A stretch of DNA of 64,000 nt from Ruminococcus sp. (GCA_018376535.1 JAHABC010000001.1:186066-250065), one strand, 5' to 3'. Shown: positions 1 through 10,421, counted from the first letter of the stretch. Made by a program: numbers and translations. The notes: generated from the letters alone by a model not told the origin.

Positions 1-293
1 CTTTCAAGATATTCTTTAACTTTCAAGGCAAGTTTAAGATTATCATCTTTTTCGTACAAAGAGCCATCTTGAGAGATTGCACCAGTATCTGAACCACCAT
101 GACCAGCATCGATACAAACTGTTCCAGTCACCTCTATTGGAGTTTGTACAACCACATCAGAGGTATTATTATTTTGAATACATCTAACAACTATAAGCAG
201 TATGGATATAACTATTATAGCAGACAATCCTATAATTGCAGATATATTCTTATTTTGAACTATATACTGTTTAATACTTTTAAAATCTTTCAT
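1..293 (-). CDS. N-acetylmuramoyl-L-alanine amidase (amidase_3 family), N-terminal part; the gene runs off the left edge
   Basis: Reverse-strand translation from ATG at about 293 reads MKDFKSIKQYIVQNKNISAIIGLSAIIVISILLIVVRC...GTVCIDAGHGGSDTGAISQDGSLYEKDDNLKLALKVKEYLE. This is an N-terminal TM anchor followed by the IDAGHGG-DxGA start of the MurNAc-LAA catalytic domain. It is absent from the ORF table because it is truncated. Confidence 0.6.
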   Translation of the reverse strand, partial: MKDFKSIKQYIVQNKNISAIIGLSAIIVISILLIVVRCIQNNNTSDVVVQTPIEVTGTVCIDAGHGGSDTGAISQDGSLYEKDDNLKLALKVKEYLE

Positions 294-313
294 AAATAAA
301 AATCCCGATAAAG

Positions 314-1231
314 TTATTTTTTTAATTCTTTAAATCTAATAGATAGCACTGCTACTATAGTCAACACTATTCCTAGTAAGAGCGTCCAAAAAGTTATAGA
401 GTTTCGCAGATTATATATCTCACTAGTTGGAACTACACCCACTAATATGTCCTCATCATCGTAGATAGAATATCTTATATAGGACTTTTTACCACCTACT
501 GAACAGAAAAAACCTCCATTTTTTTTATTCAAGTCAAACTTATCTTGAGGTAATTGCGACGGCGTTCCTACTAAAGACGTTTCTGTATGACTAAGATATG
601 TATAACTTAAAGTATCAATAATAGCAGTAAAACCATTTTCAAATAGTGGATATTCCGAAGTTACTCTTGAAATGTCAGTAGATTTTAACATCTTACGCAT
701 ACTATCAGAGGAGAATGTTAATTGAATAATACCCACATCATCAAGACGGGTAGTACCTGTTATTATTCTACCAGAACTATCTATAATACTTTCGGTGTAG
801 CCGTTGTTATTTATATAAGATATAAATTCTTTATTCACGGTATCGCCCACTTGATATGTAGATGTACTATATTCAATTACACCAAAATTATCGCTAATTA
901 CAACCTCATCGGCATTAGATATAACTCTAATCTCCTCAAGACTTAGTTCATAAGAGAGTTGGTCAGAATTTTGAGCTATCAACATAGCGACCATTCTAGC
1001 TTTTTCCTCACAGTCGGAGAAAATCTCAGTCGTCAATAGATTTTTTTCGTCAGTATCCTCATTTAAGCGAGTTTCTATCTTTTGAAGTCTAATATCTATG
1101 ATATTTTTATAAGAATTAAACTCTATAACGCCCGAACAGTAGTACGCTAACAAGGATATTATTATAGTAACTATCAACATAGGTATGATAATTAATCTAT
1201 ACTTTATAAGTTCATTTTTCATAAAAAGCAC
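314..1231 (-). CDS. Membrane protein with two TM segments flanking an approximately 250-aa extracytoplasmic Cache-like sensor domain and no output domain
   Basis: 305-aa ORF. There is an N-terminal TM segment (IIIPMLIVTIIISLLAYY) and a C-terminal TM segment (FWTLLLGIVLTIVAVLSI), then RFKELKK and the stop. It lies directly upstream of the amidase on the same strand. Confidence 0.45.
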   Translation of the reverse strand: MLFMKNELIKYRLIIIPMLIVTIIISLLAYYCSGVIEFNSYKNIIDIRLQKIETRLNEDTDEKNLLTTEIFSDCEEKARMVAMLIAQNSDQLSYELSLEEIRVISNADEVVISDNFGVIEYSTSTYQVGDTVNKEFISYINNNGYTESIIDSSGRIITGTTRLDDVGIIQLTFSSDSMRKMLKSTDISRVTSEYPLFENGFTAIIDTLSYTYLSHTETSLVGTPSQLPQDKFDLNKKNGGFFCSVGGKKSYIRYSIYDDEDILVGVVPTSEIYNLRNSITFWTLLLGIVLTIVAVLSIRFKELKK

Positions 1232-1245
1232 CTTTTTGGATATAC

Positions 1246-1653
1246 TTAATCTTTAATTTTAATATCCACTTCCAAAGGAAAGCTAATATTATCATGATTT
1301 TCCATCTGTTGAAGTTCTAAATTACAAATTTTGCTATACAATAGGTATAGTTTTTGTGTATGATTTTCTAAATAATAGTAGTATGCAATGTATGGAACTA
1401 GTAATCCCAAGATTAATATTACTAATATTAAAACTCCTATATTAGACGTTACTAAGAATATTCCAAGACAGATAAACTCTATAATAGCGAACATCATAGT
1501 TACTAAAAAATGAATTAATCTTTCATGTTGAACGAATTGTATCTGTTTAATATGTTCCGATTTTATGTAATCAAAGTTAGATATTTTTCCCTCTTGCAAG
1601 AACTTTTCCAACATAGCTATATACTGTTCAAGATATTTTTTCAATAAAATCAC
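1246..1653 (-). CDS. Small membrane protein with two TM segments, hypothetical; first gene of the minus-strand operon with the sensor and amidase
   Basis: 135-aa ORF. The hydrophobic core is FLVTMMFAIIEFICLGIFLVTSNIGVLILVILILGLLVPYIAYYYYL. The downstream gene follows after a 14-nt gap. Confidence 0.4.
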   Translation of the reverse strand: MILLKKYLEQYIAMLEKFLQEGKISNFDYIKSEHIKQIQFVQHERLIHFLVTMMFAIIEFICLGIFLVTSNIGVLILVILILGLLVPYIAYYYYLENHTQKLYLLYSKICNLELQQMENHDNISFPLEVDIKIKD

Positions 1654-1817
1654 CTCTTAAAAAGATTTTTAAGTGTAATATCTTAATTATACCATTAGTA
1701 AAAATAATATTCAATAGATTTTTTTAAAACTTCTCAAAATTTATATTACAAAATATGGTATATTAAAATAATCATAAAAAATTCGGAAAATTTTTTTACC
1801 ATAAGTAAATAACTTCC

Positions 1818-1846
1818 TTGACTTTGAAAATTTTACATAGTATAAT
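1818..1846 (+). promoter_or_regulatory. Near-consensus sigma-A promoter TTGACT-17-TATAAT for the GGDEF gene
   Basis: ttgactttgaaaattttacatagtataat: the -35 is TTGACT, the spacer is 17 nt and the -10 is TATAAT, about 40 nt upstream of the ATG at 1884. Confidence 0.55.
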
Positions 1847-1883
1847 TAAATTGGACAAAAATTTCAACAAAGGATGTGTAATA

Positions 1884-3014
1884 ATGGTAACTTTGCTATA
1901 TTGTGAAGTCAATGCATTTGCAATATTTGTATTGGCTATACTACTATACAACGTAGTAACTGGTATAGACAAACAAAATCATCAATACTTATTCGTAAAC
2001 GTTTTAGCCAGTCAAATACTGTTTTATATATTAGATATCTTGTGGGCTTGTGCTCAAAGTGGCTACTTTAATATATCTAAAGATTTAAACTTTATAATAA
2101 GTGCATTATATTTCATAGCATCGGGATTGTGTGGATATAGTTGGTTTGTATACTCCGAAAACTTACAGAAATCCAAATTAGTAAATGAAAATAGGTTTAA
2201 AATTTTCAATCTTATTCCTTTTATAGCACTGACTATACTAACAGTTACATCATATAAAACACATTGGCTTATATATATTGATGACAATAATATATATCAC
2301 AGAGGAAAATTATATGTACTACAGATAATCTTAAGTTTTGGATATGTCATATTTACTACTATAAAAGCATTTTTAAAATCTTTAGATAAGAAAAATTATA
2401 TATATAAACATCAATACTTAAGTATATCATCGTTTGTTATTATACCACTTATATTTTGCATACTACAAGCGTTTATAAAAGACATACCATTATTATGTGT
2501 AGGAATTACTCTAGCTATGATAAACGTATATATAAGGTCGCAATCACAACTTATATCAATAGACCCTCTAACTCAATTGAACAATAGAAATCAGTTGATA
2601 AAGTATCTATCCAATAAGATAAAGTACTCCGAAAAGTCACTGTATCTGCTAATTATGGACTTAGATTACTTTAAAAAAATAAACGATAAGTTTGGTCATA
2701 TCGAAGGTGATAAGGCTTTAGTATGTGTTTCCAATACCTTAAAATTCGTATTCAATAAAAAGAATATGTTCATTGCTCGTTATGGTGGTGATGAGTTCAT
2801 TGTAATCTGCGAAGATTTAGAAGCCTATGAAATAGACAATCTATGCGTAACCGTAAACAAACAACTAGCTAAAGCGAATGCTAACAAGGACTACGTTCTA
2901 AAGTTAAGTATAGGTTATGCTAAGTATAATGATGCTGATTTGACTATCCAAGATTTTATCAACCTAGCAGATGAGCAACTTTACATGGTCAAAAAATCCA
3001 GAAAAAATTATTAA
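1884..3014 (+). CDS. Diguanylate cyclase: an N-terminal multi-TM sensor region fused to a GGDEF domain
   Basis: The ORF contains RYGGDEF, and also LIMDLDYFKKINDKFGHIEGDKAL (typical GGDEF N-terminal motifs). About 7 TM helices precede the GGDEF domain. The tabulated ORF starts at 1818, but that start lies inside the promoter. The ATG at 1884 has an AAAGGA RBS and is preferred. Confidence 0.8.
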   Translation: MVTLLYCEVNAFAIFVLAILLYNVVTGIDKQNHQYLFVNVLASQILFYILDILWACAQSGYFNISKDLNFIISALYFIASGLCGYSWFVYSENLQKSKLVNENRFKIFNLIPFIALTILTVTSYKTHWLIYIDDNNIYHRGKLYVLQIILSFGYVIFTTIKAFLKSLDKKNYIYKHQYLSISSFVIIPLIFCILQAFIKDIPLLCVGITLAMINVYIRSQSQLISIDPLTQLNNRNQLIKYLSNKIKYSEKSLYLLIMDLDYFKKINDKFGHIEGDKALVCVSNTLKFVFNKKNMFIARYGGDEFIVICEDLEAYEIDNLCVTVNKQLAKANANKDYVLKLSIGYAKYNDADLTIQDFINLADEQLYMVKKSRKNY

Positions 3015-3035
3015 ACATCAAATAGGGAAAAAATC

Positions 3036-3068
3036 AAGGGTACAGTTATTAAACTGTACCCTTTAATA
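3036..3068. terminator. Bidirectional rho-independent terminator between convergent genes
   Basis: The sequence is aagggtacagtt-atta-aactgtaccctt, a 12-bp stem flanked by A/T runs. It sits between the GGDEF stop at 3014 and the permease stop at 3086. Confidence 0.6.
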
Positions 3069-3085
3069 TTTATCACATAATATAG

Positions 3086-4090
3086 TTAGCCAGTCAAACC
3101 ACTACGTTCAATACCTTCAACGAACTGTTTTTGTAAGAAACAATATAACACTAGTATAGGTGTTATAGATATTAAACAACCTGCTTCCATCCAAACAATC
3201 TTTTCACGAACGGATACTTGTGCAGTAGCACTATTAAATAGAGTAGTATTAAGAGTAGTATCTAAGTTTTTAAGCATTAGAGCAATAGTCTTGTTCTCAG
3301 TAAAGAATGATGTACTTACATAGTAATCGTTCCAGTACCAAACTACGCTAAATAGAAATACTATCAAAAAGCTAGATTTTGCATTAGGTACCATAATTTG
3401 AATGAAAGTTCTAAATGGAGCACAACCATCTAAATAAGCAGCGTCCTCCAACTCTTTAGGAAGTCCTTTAAAGAACTGTCTAAATATTAAAATCATCAAA
3501 CCAGCACGGATACCGTTAGCCATCAAAGCTGGTAGATACATCGTCAATGGATTGTTAATTAAATTGATATCAGTACCCATAAAATATCTAAACTGGGTAT
3601 ATTGTGGAATTAATATAATCTGTTGAGGAACTAATATCATTAAGATAACTATTCCAAATAGAATATTTTTTCCTTTGAACTTAAATCTAGCGAAACCGTA
3701 TCCAGTTATGGCACAAGTTACCACTTGAACTAGTGAACAACCAATATTTAGTAGCAAAGTATTAGTTAAAGTTTCACCGAACTTCATAGCTGAAGCAGTT
3801 TCCTTAATTACTGATAGTGTTAAATTTCTAGGTATCCACATTACAGTAGGGTCGTTCATATCAGATTGTAACCTAAATGCACATGATACCATAAATATCA
3901 ACGGATACAATATTACAAAGCACAAACCAAATAAGATTAAAAATCTAAATACAGGCCAAACCTTTTCCATTATAGATTTATTTCTTAAATAAGTACGTTC
4001 TTCTTTGGTCATATACGCCTTATGAACCTTATCACTAACTTTAGCCTCAAACTTTTTATCACCCAAGGAATTTGAGCCAGGTATTGCCAT
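3086..4090 (-). CDS. Carbohydrate ABC transporter permease (MalG/LplC-like, with a long N-terminal extension)
   Basis: 334 aa with six TM segments. The EAA loop reads LEDAAYLDGCAPFRTFIQIMVPNAKSS. Confidence 0.85.
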   Translation of the reverse strand: MAIPGSNSLGDKKFEAKVSDKVHKAYMTKEERTYLRNKSIMEKVWPVFRFLILFGLCFVILYPLIFMVSCAFRLQSDMNDPTVMWIPRNLTLSVIKETASAMKFGETLTNTLLLNIGCSLVQVVTCAITGYGFARFKFKGKNILFGIVILMILVPQQIILIPQYTQFRYFMGTDINLINNPLTMYLPALMANGIRAGLMILIFRQFFKGLPKELEDAAYLDGCAPFRTFIQIMVPNAKSSFLIVFLFSVVWYWNDYYVSTSFFTENKTIALMLKNLDTTLNTTLFNSATAQVSVREKIVWMEAGCLISITPILVLYCFLQKQFVEGIERSGLTG

Positions 4091-4104
4091 TTAAAAACCC
4101 CTCC

Positions 4105-5016
4105 TTAATCTACTTCGTAGTAGATAAACTTATTAACGATAACAGTAATAATACCTACTGCAACCATTACTATAGCAAAATATGACCAAGCCATTGCAGC
4201 AGCCTCACCATACTTCCAGTCGGATTGAACTTCTAAAATTCTGTTCATAACAGAGTTAGAAGTATCAGTAAAGCTATCGATAATAGTAAATATCAAGTTT
4301 GCTAAAATCATAGGGGAAACGTAAGGGAAAGTAATCTTCCAGAAGTATTCCCAAGCAGTAGCACCTTCCATTTGAGCAGCCTCTTTAGCTGATACTGGAA
4401 TGTTCTGTAATGCTGCTAAGAATATCAAAATTTGAATACCAGAGTTCCAAACCAAGCTAAAAATATTGGTAGTTATACTTTGAATAGTTTCAGTCACGGC
4501 ATCGCTGATACCATATATACCAATAAACTCCATTAGTTCGCCTACTAAGTCTGTTTCAAACATGGTTGAAAATTGTGAAGCATCGCTACTACCACTAGAA
4601 CTCATATCACCAGATATTATTGCGTATACTGGACCTGTTGCTATAATTACTGGTAGAAAGAATACTGCTCTAGCAAAGCCTCTACCCTTAAACTTTTGAT
4701 TTAACATTACTGCTACAAACAATGAAAATATTATTATTAATGGAGTTTTAATAGCAGTATCTTTTAACACAGATACTAAGTACTTAGAATAGTTAGGGTC
4801 TACACCAAAAGCATATACATAGTTTTGAAATCCAACCCAAGACTCTTGAACACCTCCAGTTGCAGGAGTAACAGTTTCAAATGAATACTTTAAAGATGTA
4901 ATAAGTGGTATTAAAAACCATTTAATAGTACCCACTAACCATAAAGCTATAAATCCATAACCATAGAGGCTTTTTCTTTTTTCATAAGGCATTTGAATAC
5001 CTTTACTCTTCTTCAT
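4105..5016 (-). CDS. Polysaccharide/sugar ABC transporter permease (LplB/YtcP-like)
   Basis: 303 aa. The N-terminus is MKKSKGIQMPYEKRKSLYGYGFIALW, typical of LplB-type permeases. The EAA-like region reads AKEAAQMEGATAWEYFWKITFPY. A GAAGGAGG RBS lies 9 nt upstream. Confidence 0.8.
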   Translation of the reverse strand: MKKSKGIQMPYEKRKSLYGYGFIALWLVGTIKWFLIPLITSLKYSFETVTPATGGVQESWVGFQNYVYAFGVDPNYSKYLVSVLKDTAIKTPLIIIFSLFVAVMLNQKFKGRGFARAVFFLPVIIATGPVYAIISGDMSSSGSSDASQFSTMFETDLVGELMEFIGIYGISDAVTETIQSITTNIFSLVWNSGIQILIFLAALQNIPVSAKEAAQMEGATAWEYFWKITFPYVSPMILANLIFTIIDSFTDTSNSVMNRILEVQSDWKYGEAAAMAWSYFAIVMVAVGIITVIVNKFIYYEVD

Positions 5017-7354
5017 TACTTTGACCTCCTTCGATGGTTACATAGTCGGAGTATTTATACTCAGTGCCATTAAGTTTAATTGACATATCAGTAAGATTTA
5101 CTTCTGTTTTAGTGCCGTTTGCATACTCAGTAAGAATAGTATCATCTACTTGCTTATAAGATGTTATATAAGAACCACTAACAGCATTTAAGATATTCTT
5201 TGCAAAAGCATACTGTTGAGATGCAGTATCTACCCAATGTTGATAGTTTGCATAGTAAAGATTATCATACTCAGTATCTTTTAGAGTGCTAGTTTCTTCA
5301 TAAATCATATCGTAGCGAGGATTCATACCAGTTGCAATAGCCTGTAATAGTAGAGTATCACTATCAGCACTAGCATTTATAGGAGTAGTCGCCAATGGCA
5401 TAATTCCGTGCATCACTAGTTGATAGAATGGAATATCTGCATCAAAGATATCGTAGCCACTAGAAGATAGTGGTATATCTGTAATGTGGTCTAAGTAAGG
5501 TAGAGTGTACTCATTAGCACCTATTCCCAAAACTGAACCTACTGAAGATTGTATGTTACTTAAACTTTCTGTCATAATGTTTTGAGTATCTTCTCTAGAT
5601 AGTAGTTGTTTTCCGTAGTCACCATATAGCAAAGATGTCATACTTCCAATGGATACGCCCTCTAGTTTTGCTGATGAGTAGTTTTTAGCAAGTTTAGAAT
5701 ATATCTCACTAAACGAACTTGGTGATAGTAATGAATAAGAATCTTTATTCTTATCTTGTTCACCGAAAGCTAAATCGTAGGAAAGAACTCTTGAATATGA
5801 ACCAGAAACTCTAATGTTAGTATTTTGGAAAGTATAGTAACCTTGTCCAGATATAAAAGTATCGTTTTGTACTACTGGATATAGTTCTATATTGTTATCG
5901 CTTAGATACTTCTTTAAAGATTTAAAATCTCCACTACCACCCAAAGTGTTAGATGGACTAGCTTTAATATCAACTTGATTTTTAATACCAGCGTTAGTCC
6001 AATTATGATAGCTTACTACCATATTATCTGTGCCATTGCCCTTTAGCTGACTGATTATACTTTGAGCATCATCAAAAGATGTTATAGATGTCTTTAAAGT
6101 CATAGGTATACCACACACTGGAGTTAATTTTTCAACACCACCATATAAATCCACATACATATTAGATGCGTTTTCAGTTTCTTTTTGAGTAACTCCAACA
6201 TCTGATAGCAAATAGTTTCTATAACATTCTGCGATATTAGTATAATCTAAATCTTTGTCAGCAAGTGGATAGTATCTAACTTCAATAGTATCTGTTTTGA
6301 TACCACCCTTTTCAAACACCGTTAAAGGAGTAGTATCGCCACCCATGTAGTAAGTATCGGTACTGCGTAGAGTAAACTCAAAGTTACATATATTGTAACT
6401 GCTCTTGGATTGTATACTTACACTAGATTTTATACTAGCATTTGCATCACCTTGAACGGCTACAGCCATTAAACCGTTGCCATCATCTCTAACTATGCCA
6501 TACATTGGAAAGTTTACTTGCTTAGTATATGCCGATGCCGTAGTTGGTACCATAGCAGTATCCGAGCCGTAAATTTTGCCACTATAAGATTTTGAAAAAG
6601 TTTTACCATTATTAAAGTTTATCAAAGCACCAGAGCCATCTGGAATGACAAAATAGCCACCACAATCTTCTTGAGATACTGCACCAAAACTACCTAATAA
6701 GGTCATGGAAGTTAAAATTTGACCATCAGTATCGGAAGGATTATCCTCAACGATATCGGCAGTATTAACGACTACCCTTAAATAATCATCTTCAAGAGTA
6801 TATTGCACTGGAATAGTAATTCCAGCCTTTTTGAACTTAAAAGTAATCTCAACGCCGTTGTCAATCATTTTATAAGTGGATTTTCCGTTCTTAGCCGAAC
6901 GTTGATTAGATGTAGTTCTATCAGCAGGTTTACCGTATGTAAAACTCAAAGCAGATTTTAAATCTTGTCTTAGAGTATTTGTAGCATTTACATCACCCAT
7001 AGCGTTTACAGGTGATGACCACCAAACAAATCCATTAGATTTGTTTTCAAGAGCAAGTAAATCTTCGTCATCTTCTTCGTTTTCATTGATGTATAGAGCA
7101 AAGTTACTATTTTCAGCTAACTTAGTCATAGATTTCAAAAGTTTAGCTTCATCTCTAGCGACAAAGTCCTCATCAACGGCATCGGCTTGATATTCTTCCT
7201 CACCTTGAGCATCTTCTCCAGAAGTATCGACAGTAGTTTCAGTAGATGTTTCTTGTTCAGCATTGGTAATCATGTAAGCATTAACTGGCGATGTAGTCAT
7301 CATTGAAAGCACTAATATGGTAACGATAACCTTTTTAAAACTTTTACTTTTCAT
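5003..7354 (-). CDS. Large secreted protein of 783 aa with a signal peptide, function unknown; possibly a glycan-active enzyme of the uptake locus
   Basis: The N-terminus MKSKSFKKVIVTILVLSMMTTSPVNA is a signal peptide. Acidic low-complexity stretch near the N-terminus; no motif recognisable by eye. It is embedded between ABC permease genes. Confidence 0.4.
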   Translation of the reverse strand: MKSKSFKKVIVTILVLSMMTTSPVNAYMITNAEQETSTETTVDTSGEDAQGEEEYQADAVDEDFVARDEAKLLKSMTKLAENSNFALYINENEEDDEDLLALENKSNGFVWWSSPVNAMGDVNATNTLRQDLKSALSFTYGKPADRTTSNQRSAKNGKSTYKMIDNGVEITFKFKKAGITIPVQYTLEDDYLRVVVNTADIVEDNPSDTDGQILTSMTLLGSFGAVSQEDCGGYFVIPDGSGALINFNNGKTFSKSYSGKIYGSDTAMVPTTASAYTKQVNFPMYGIVRDDGNGLMAVAVQGDANASIKSSVSIQSKSSYNICNFEFTLRSTDTYYMGGDTTPLTVFEKGGIKTDTIEVRYYPLADKDLDYTNIAECYRNYLLSDVGVTQKETENASNMYVDLYGGVEKLTPVCGIPMTLKTSITSFDDAQSIISQLKGNGTDNMVVSYHNWTNAGIKNQVDIKASPSNTLGGSGDFKSLKKYLSDNNIELYPVVQNDTFISGQGYYTFQNTNIRVSGSYSRVLSYDLAFGEQDKNKDSYSLLSPSSFSEIYSKLAKNYSSAKLEGVSIGSMTSLLYGDYGKQLLSREDTQNIMTESLSNIQSSVGSVLGIGANEYTLPYLDHITDIPLSSSGYDIFDADIPFYQLVMHGIMPLATTPINASADSDTLLLQAIATGMNPRYDMIYEETSTLKDTEYDNLYYANYQHWVDTASQQYAFAKNILNAVSGSYITSYKQVDDTILTEYANGTKTEVNLTDMSIKLNGTEYKYSDYVTIEGGQSNEEE

Positions 7355-7376
7355 AATTTAAAAATCACCGACCTTT

Positions 7377-8006
7377 CTATACTTTCAATCTGTAAGCTAT
7401 TTCTGTATATACAGAGTACACAAATACATACACTTGTTGGAACAATGATAGCAATAATACTAATAAGAATAGTATAATTAACATAGCAAATATAGTTAAT
7501 ATTATATCAAATATGGTTTTTAAAACACCAAATTGATGTACTGTCTTTATAGCCATAAACATTAGTATAATACTCCAAAGAGTTCCTATAACTTGTATAG
7601 CTTGCATGAATATATACTCATCACGCACCAAAAAGTGAGATAAAAATACGTTTATAAATACTTGTGCTATATATGGAATTAATGCGTATGCACTAAATAT
7701 ACATATATTTTTCAAAGTACCTTCGCCATCTAGTAGAGTACTTATAGCCCAGTTACCTATAACCCATGTTGCAAACAGTATTATACTTTGAACTATATAT
7801 GGTATTACATTAAATAGCTTATCGTATACCACATAGAATTGAAAACCATACAATCTATCATAAGCCACCTGAGCCACAAAAAGTAGCAATACTATTATAA
7901 ACGAATACTTTAATGAACCACCTTTTTTCCAACGCAAATCCTCGTAACCTTCAAAGGGATGCATTATGGTATGCTTTACCCATTCTTTTTTAGACAAATC
8001 CATCAT
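7377..8006 (-). CDS. Yip1-family integral membrane protein
   Basis: 209 aa. The N-terminus HPFEGYEDLRWKKGGSL followed by five TM segments is typical of Yip1/DUF1282. The start overlaps the upstream gene stop by 4 nt. Confidence 0.5.
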   Translation of the reverse strand: MMDLSKKEWVKHTIMHPFEGYEDLRWKKGGSLKYSFIIVLLLFVAQVAYDRLYGFQFYVVYDKLFNVIPYIVQSIILFATWVIGNWAISTLLDGEGTLKNICIFSAYALIPYIAQVFINVFLSHFLVRDEYIFMQAIQVIGTLWSIILMFMAIKTVHQFGVLKTIFDIILTIFAMLIILFLLVLLLSLFQQVYVFVYSVYTEIAYRLKV

Positions 8007-9520
8007 ATGCTGTTAATCCCCTTTCCCTTTTTAAACTTGGATTTTATTGCATTAATCAACATTTTAAATACAGTAGTATTCAATTTTTTTCTAAGGAACA
8101 CATTAGCGATAGCAATAGCAATAAGTAGTATTATAACTGCGACTATCAAGCTAAAATGAGCGTCAATCCAATCTTGACGATAACCTTCAAAAGCTCTGTT
8201 ATAGCGTTTACCTGCATCGGCTAACTTAGAGTATTTCATAGCATCTTCATAGTCACCAGAGTTTAGTTTAGCACTAGCTATACCAATATAAGCGTTTCTG
8301 TAGTTACCATCACGTTTTAGGACTTCGTACCAAGGTTCAAGGGCTTCTTCATAATAGCCCTCGTTGTATAGGTCGGTAGCCTCATGAACTATAGAACCGA
8401 ACTCTGTTTCTTGAAAGATAGTAATAGTATTTTTCAAGCTATCGACAACGTATAGATTAGTTCCCATGCTTTCCACAGCAGATACTTGTTTAAATGAACC
8501 TAACTGTTCACCAGTAGTACCTACAATAAACATTAGATTACATTCTGCATCAAATTGAAACACTCTACCAGTAGTTAAATCTAAACAATTTATATAACCA
8601 TTGTCTGAAATATCTATATCGGTCATAGCTACCGTTTTAGTAGTTTGAGATGTAGTAGTATCATCACCCCAAAGAGCGTCAACGTTAGCGAATAGATTTT
8701 CACCCGCAGGATTTACCTTTTTAATAATATCGGTATTTTCGGACTGTGTACAAGTGTATATAAAGCCCTCACTATCTATATCGAAGTTATTAAAACCTAT
8801 TGGAACGCTTTTAGAACGTCTAGCACGCATTTCATCAGTAGCGATTAAGTTCCACATATAGTTGCTAATAACTTCGGCAGTTTGTTTTACCTTGTTAGCA
8901 CCATAAAATCCGACAAATTCGCCATCACTGTTGAACATTACAGCACCACTAGTAATATTGTTTACTACTACATATACATATCCAGCACTATCGACTAGCA
9001 CCTTTTGAGGTAGAAAAGTCAACTCTTGAGCATACACTTCTGAAGTAGGTTTAGTAAACTCAGATATTATGTTACCGTCCATATCAGACTTAATAACTCT
9101 AGCATTTTTATTATCAGCAATATACATAAATCCGTTAGAACTATCCACAAATATTCCCAAAGGATTGTTTAAAGTAGTATCTTTGCCATCTAAACCTTTA
9201 AAGGTGTCATAAATTTTAGTTACGTTGTTAAACTGACTATCAAAGACTACTATTCTGTTGTTGCCACTATCGACCAAGTAGAAGTTATCGTTATCATCTT
9301 TAAAGATATCGTTAGGTGATGAAAAATGTTCTATGTCGAAATCTTCGCCTGAGATACTTCTTTCAGCCAAATATCCAGCTTGTGATGGAATTGCTTCACC
9401 CCAAGTATCATAGTTGTAGACCTCATAAGGTTCGTCGGCAAAGACGGTAAGCATCATATTACTAATAGCCAACGTACTAGCGATAAAACCAGTAAACAAC
9501 TTTTTAAAACGTTTCTGCAC
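8003..9520 (-). CDS. Secreted NHL-repeat (beta-propeller) protein with a C-terminal TPR-like segment and a TM anchor
   Basis: 505 aa with a signal peptide. Repeated YxxDxxNNRIxxFD-type NHL motifs are present (NNRIVVFDSQ, KNARVIKSD). The C-terminal TM segment is HFSLIVAVIILLIAIAIANVF. The start codon is non-ATG (GTG). Confidence 0.45.
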   Translation of the reverse strand: MQKRFKKLFTGFIASTLAISNMMLTVFADEPYEVYNYDTWGEAIPSQAGYLAERSISGEDFDIEHFSSPNDIFKDDNDNFYLVDSGNNRIVVFDSQFNNVTKIYDTFKGLDGKDTTLNNPLGIFVDSSNGFMYIADNKNARVIKSDMDGNIISEFTKPTSEVYAQELTFLPQKVLVDSAGYVYVVVNNITSGAVMFNSDGEFVGFYGANKVKQTAEVISNYMWNLIATDEMRARRSKSVPIGFNNFDIDSEGFIYTCTQSENTDIIKKVNPAGENLFANVDALWGDDTTTSQTTKTVAMTDIDISDNGYINCLDLTTGRVFQFDAECNLMFIVGTTGEQLGSFKQVSAVESMGTNLYVVDSLKNTITIFQETEFGSIVHEATDLYNEGYYEEALEPWYEVLKRDGNYRNAYIGIASAKLNSGDYEDAMKYSKLADAGKRYNRAFEGYRQDWIDAHFSLIVAVIILLIAIAIANVFLRKKLNTTVFKMLINAIKSKFKKGKGINSI

Positions 9521-9548
9521 TTAATAATTCACCCTTTCCGTAGTAAAA

Positions 9549-10421
9549 TTAGTCTTTAATACCCGAATGAGCCATAGTTTCGATAACGTTCTTTTGTGCT
9601 ATTACGAATATCAAAATAGGAGGTATTAACATAAACACTGCCGATGCCATAGCAACACCAGCTCTTGCTAGACCAGCCGCAGCAGCCTGTTGAACTACTG
9701 TAGGTAAAGTTTTTAAAGTTTCATCGTAAACTAATCCACCACCTGCGATGTTCCAAGCACCTTGGAATGCAAATATAATCAAAGTCATAAGAGCAGGTTT
9801 TTGGTTAGGCATTACTATTTTCCAACATATAGTAAACATATTAGCACCATCTACTTTAGCTGCCTCAATCATAGCATCTGGAACTTGTGTCATAGATTGA
9901 CGCATTAAGAACAATCCCATAGGAGTTGCAATAGATGGAAGTATTAAAGCCCAATAAGTATCAATCATGCCAAGTTGAGCCATTACTATGTACTGCATGA
10001 TGTATATAACATTACTTTGATACAATAACGATACTACTATTATAGAGTTAAGTATCTTGTTACCAGGGAATCTACACTTTGCAAGTACAAACGCCGCCAT
10101 GGCAGATACAAAACAGTGACATACTGTAACTGTTATAGTTATAAATACACTATTGAATACATATCTTGAAAATGGAACCCATAAATCTCCAGCGACTTTA
10201 AACATATCTTTAAAGTTGTTTAAAGTAGGATTTAATGTATATAACTTAGGTGGGAATATAAAGAGTTCTTGAACTGGCTTTACAGACATTACTACTGCTA
10301 AATATATAGGTAATGCCATAAACAATCCTAATATAAGTAAGAATATAAAAATTCCAGTAGTACTACCTACTTTTGTACCAGCTTGTTTATTAGACTCTTT
10401 CATTTTTCGTGTATCAATCAT
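9549..10421 (-). CDS. Carbohydrate ABC transporter permease (MalG-like)
   Basis: 290 aa with six TM segments. The EAA loop reads IEAAKVDGANMFTICWKIVMPNQKPAL. Confidence 0.85.
   Translation of the reverse strand: MIDTRKMKESNKQAGTKVGSTTGIFIFLLILGLFMALPIYLAVVMSVKPVQELFIFPPKLYTLNPTLNNFKDMFKVAGDLWVPFSRYVFNSVFITITVTVCHCFVSAMAAFVLAKCRFPGNKILNSIIVVSLLYQSNVIYIMQYIVMAQLGMIDTYWALILPSIATPMGLFLMRQSMTQVPDAMIEAAKVDGANMFTICWKIVMPNQKPALMTLIIFAFQGAWNIAGGGLVYDETLKTLPTVVQQAAAAGLARAGVAMASAVFMLIPPILIFVIAQKNVIETMAHSGIKD

Noticed and set aside
1818-1883. Tabulated upstream start of the GGDEF ORF (MTLKILHSIIKLDKNF...)
   Set aside because: This stretch coincides with a consensus TTGACT-17-TATAAT promoter. The ATG at 1884 has a proper RBS, so the longer N-terminus is probably untranslated.
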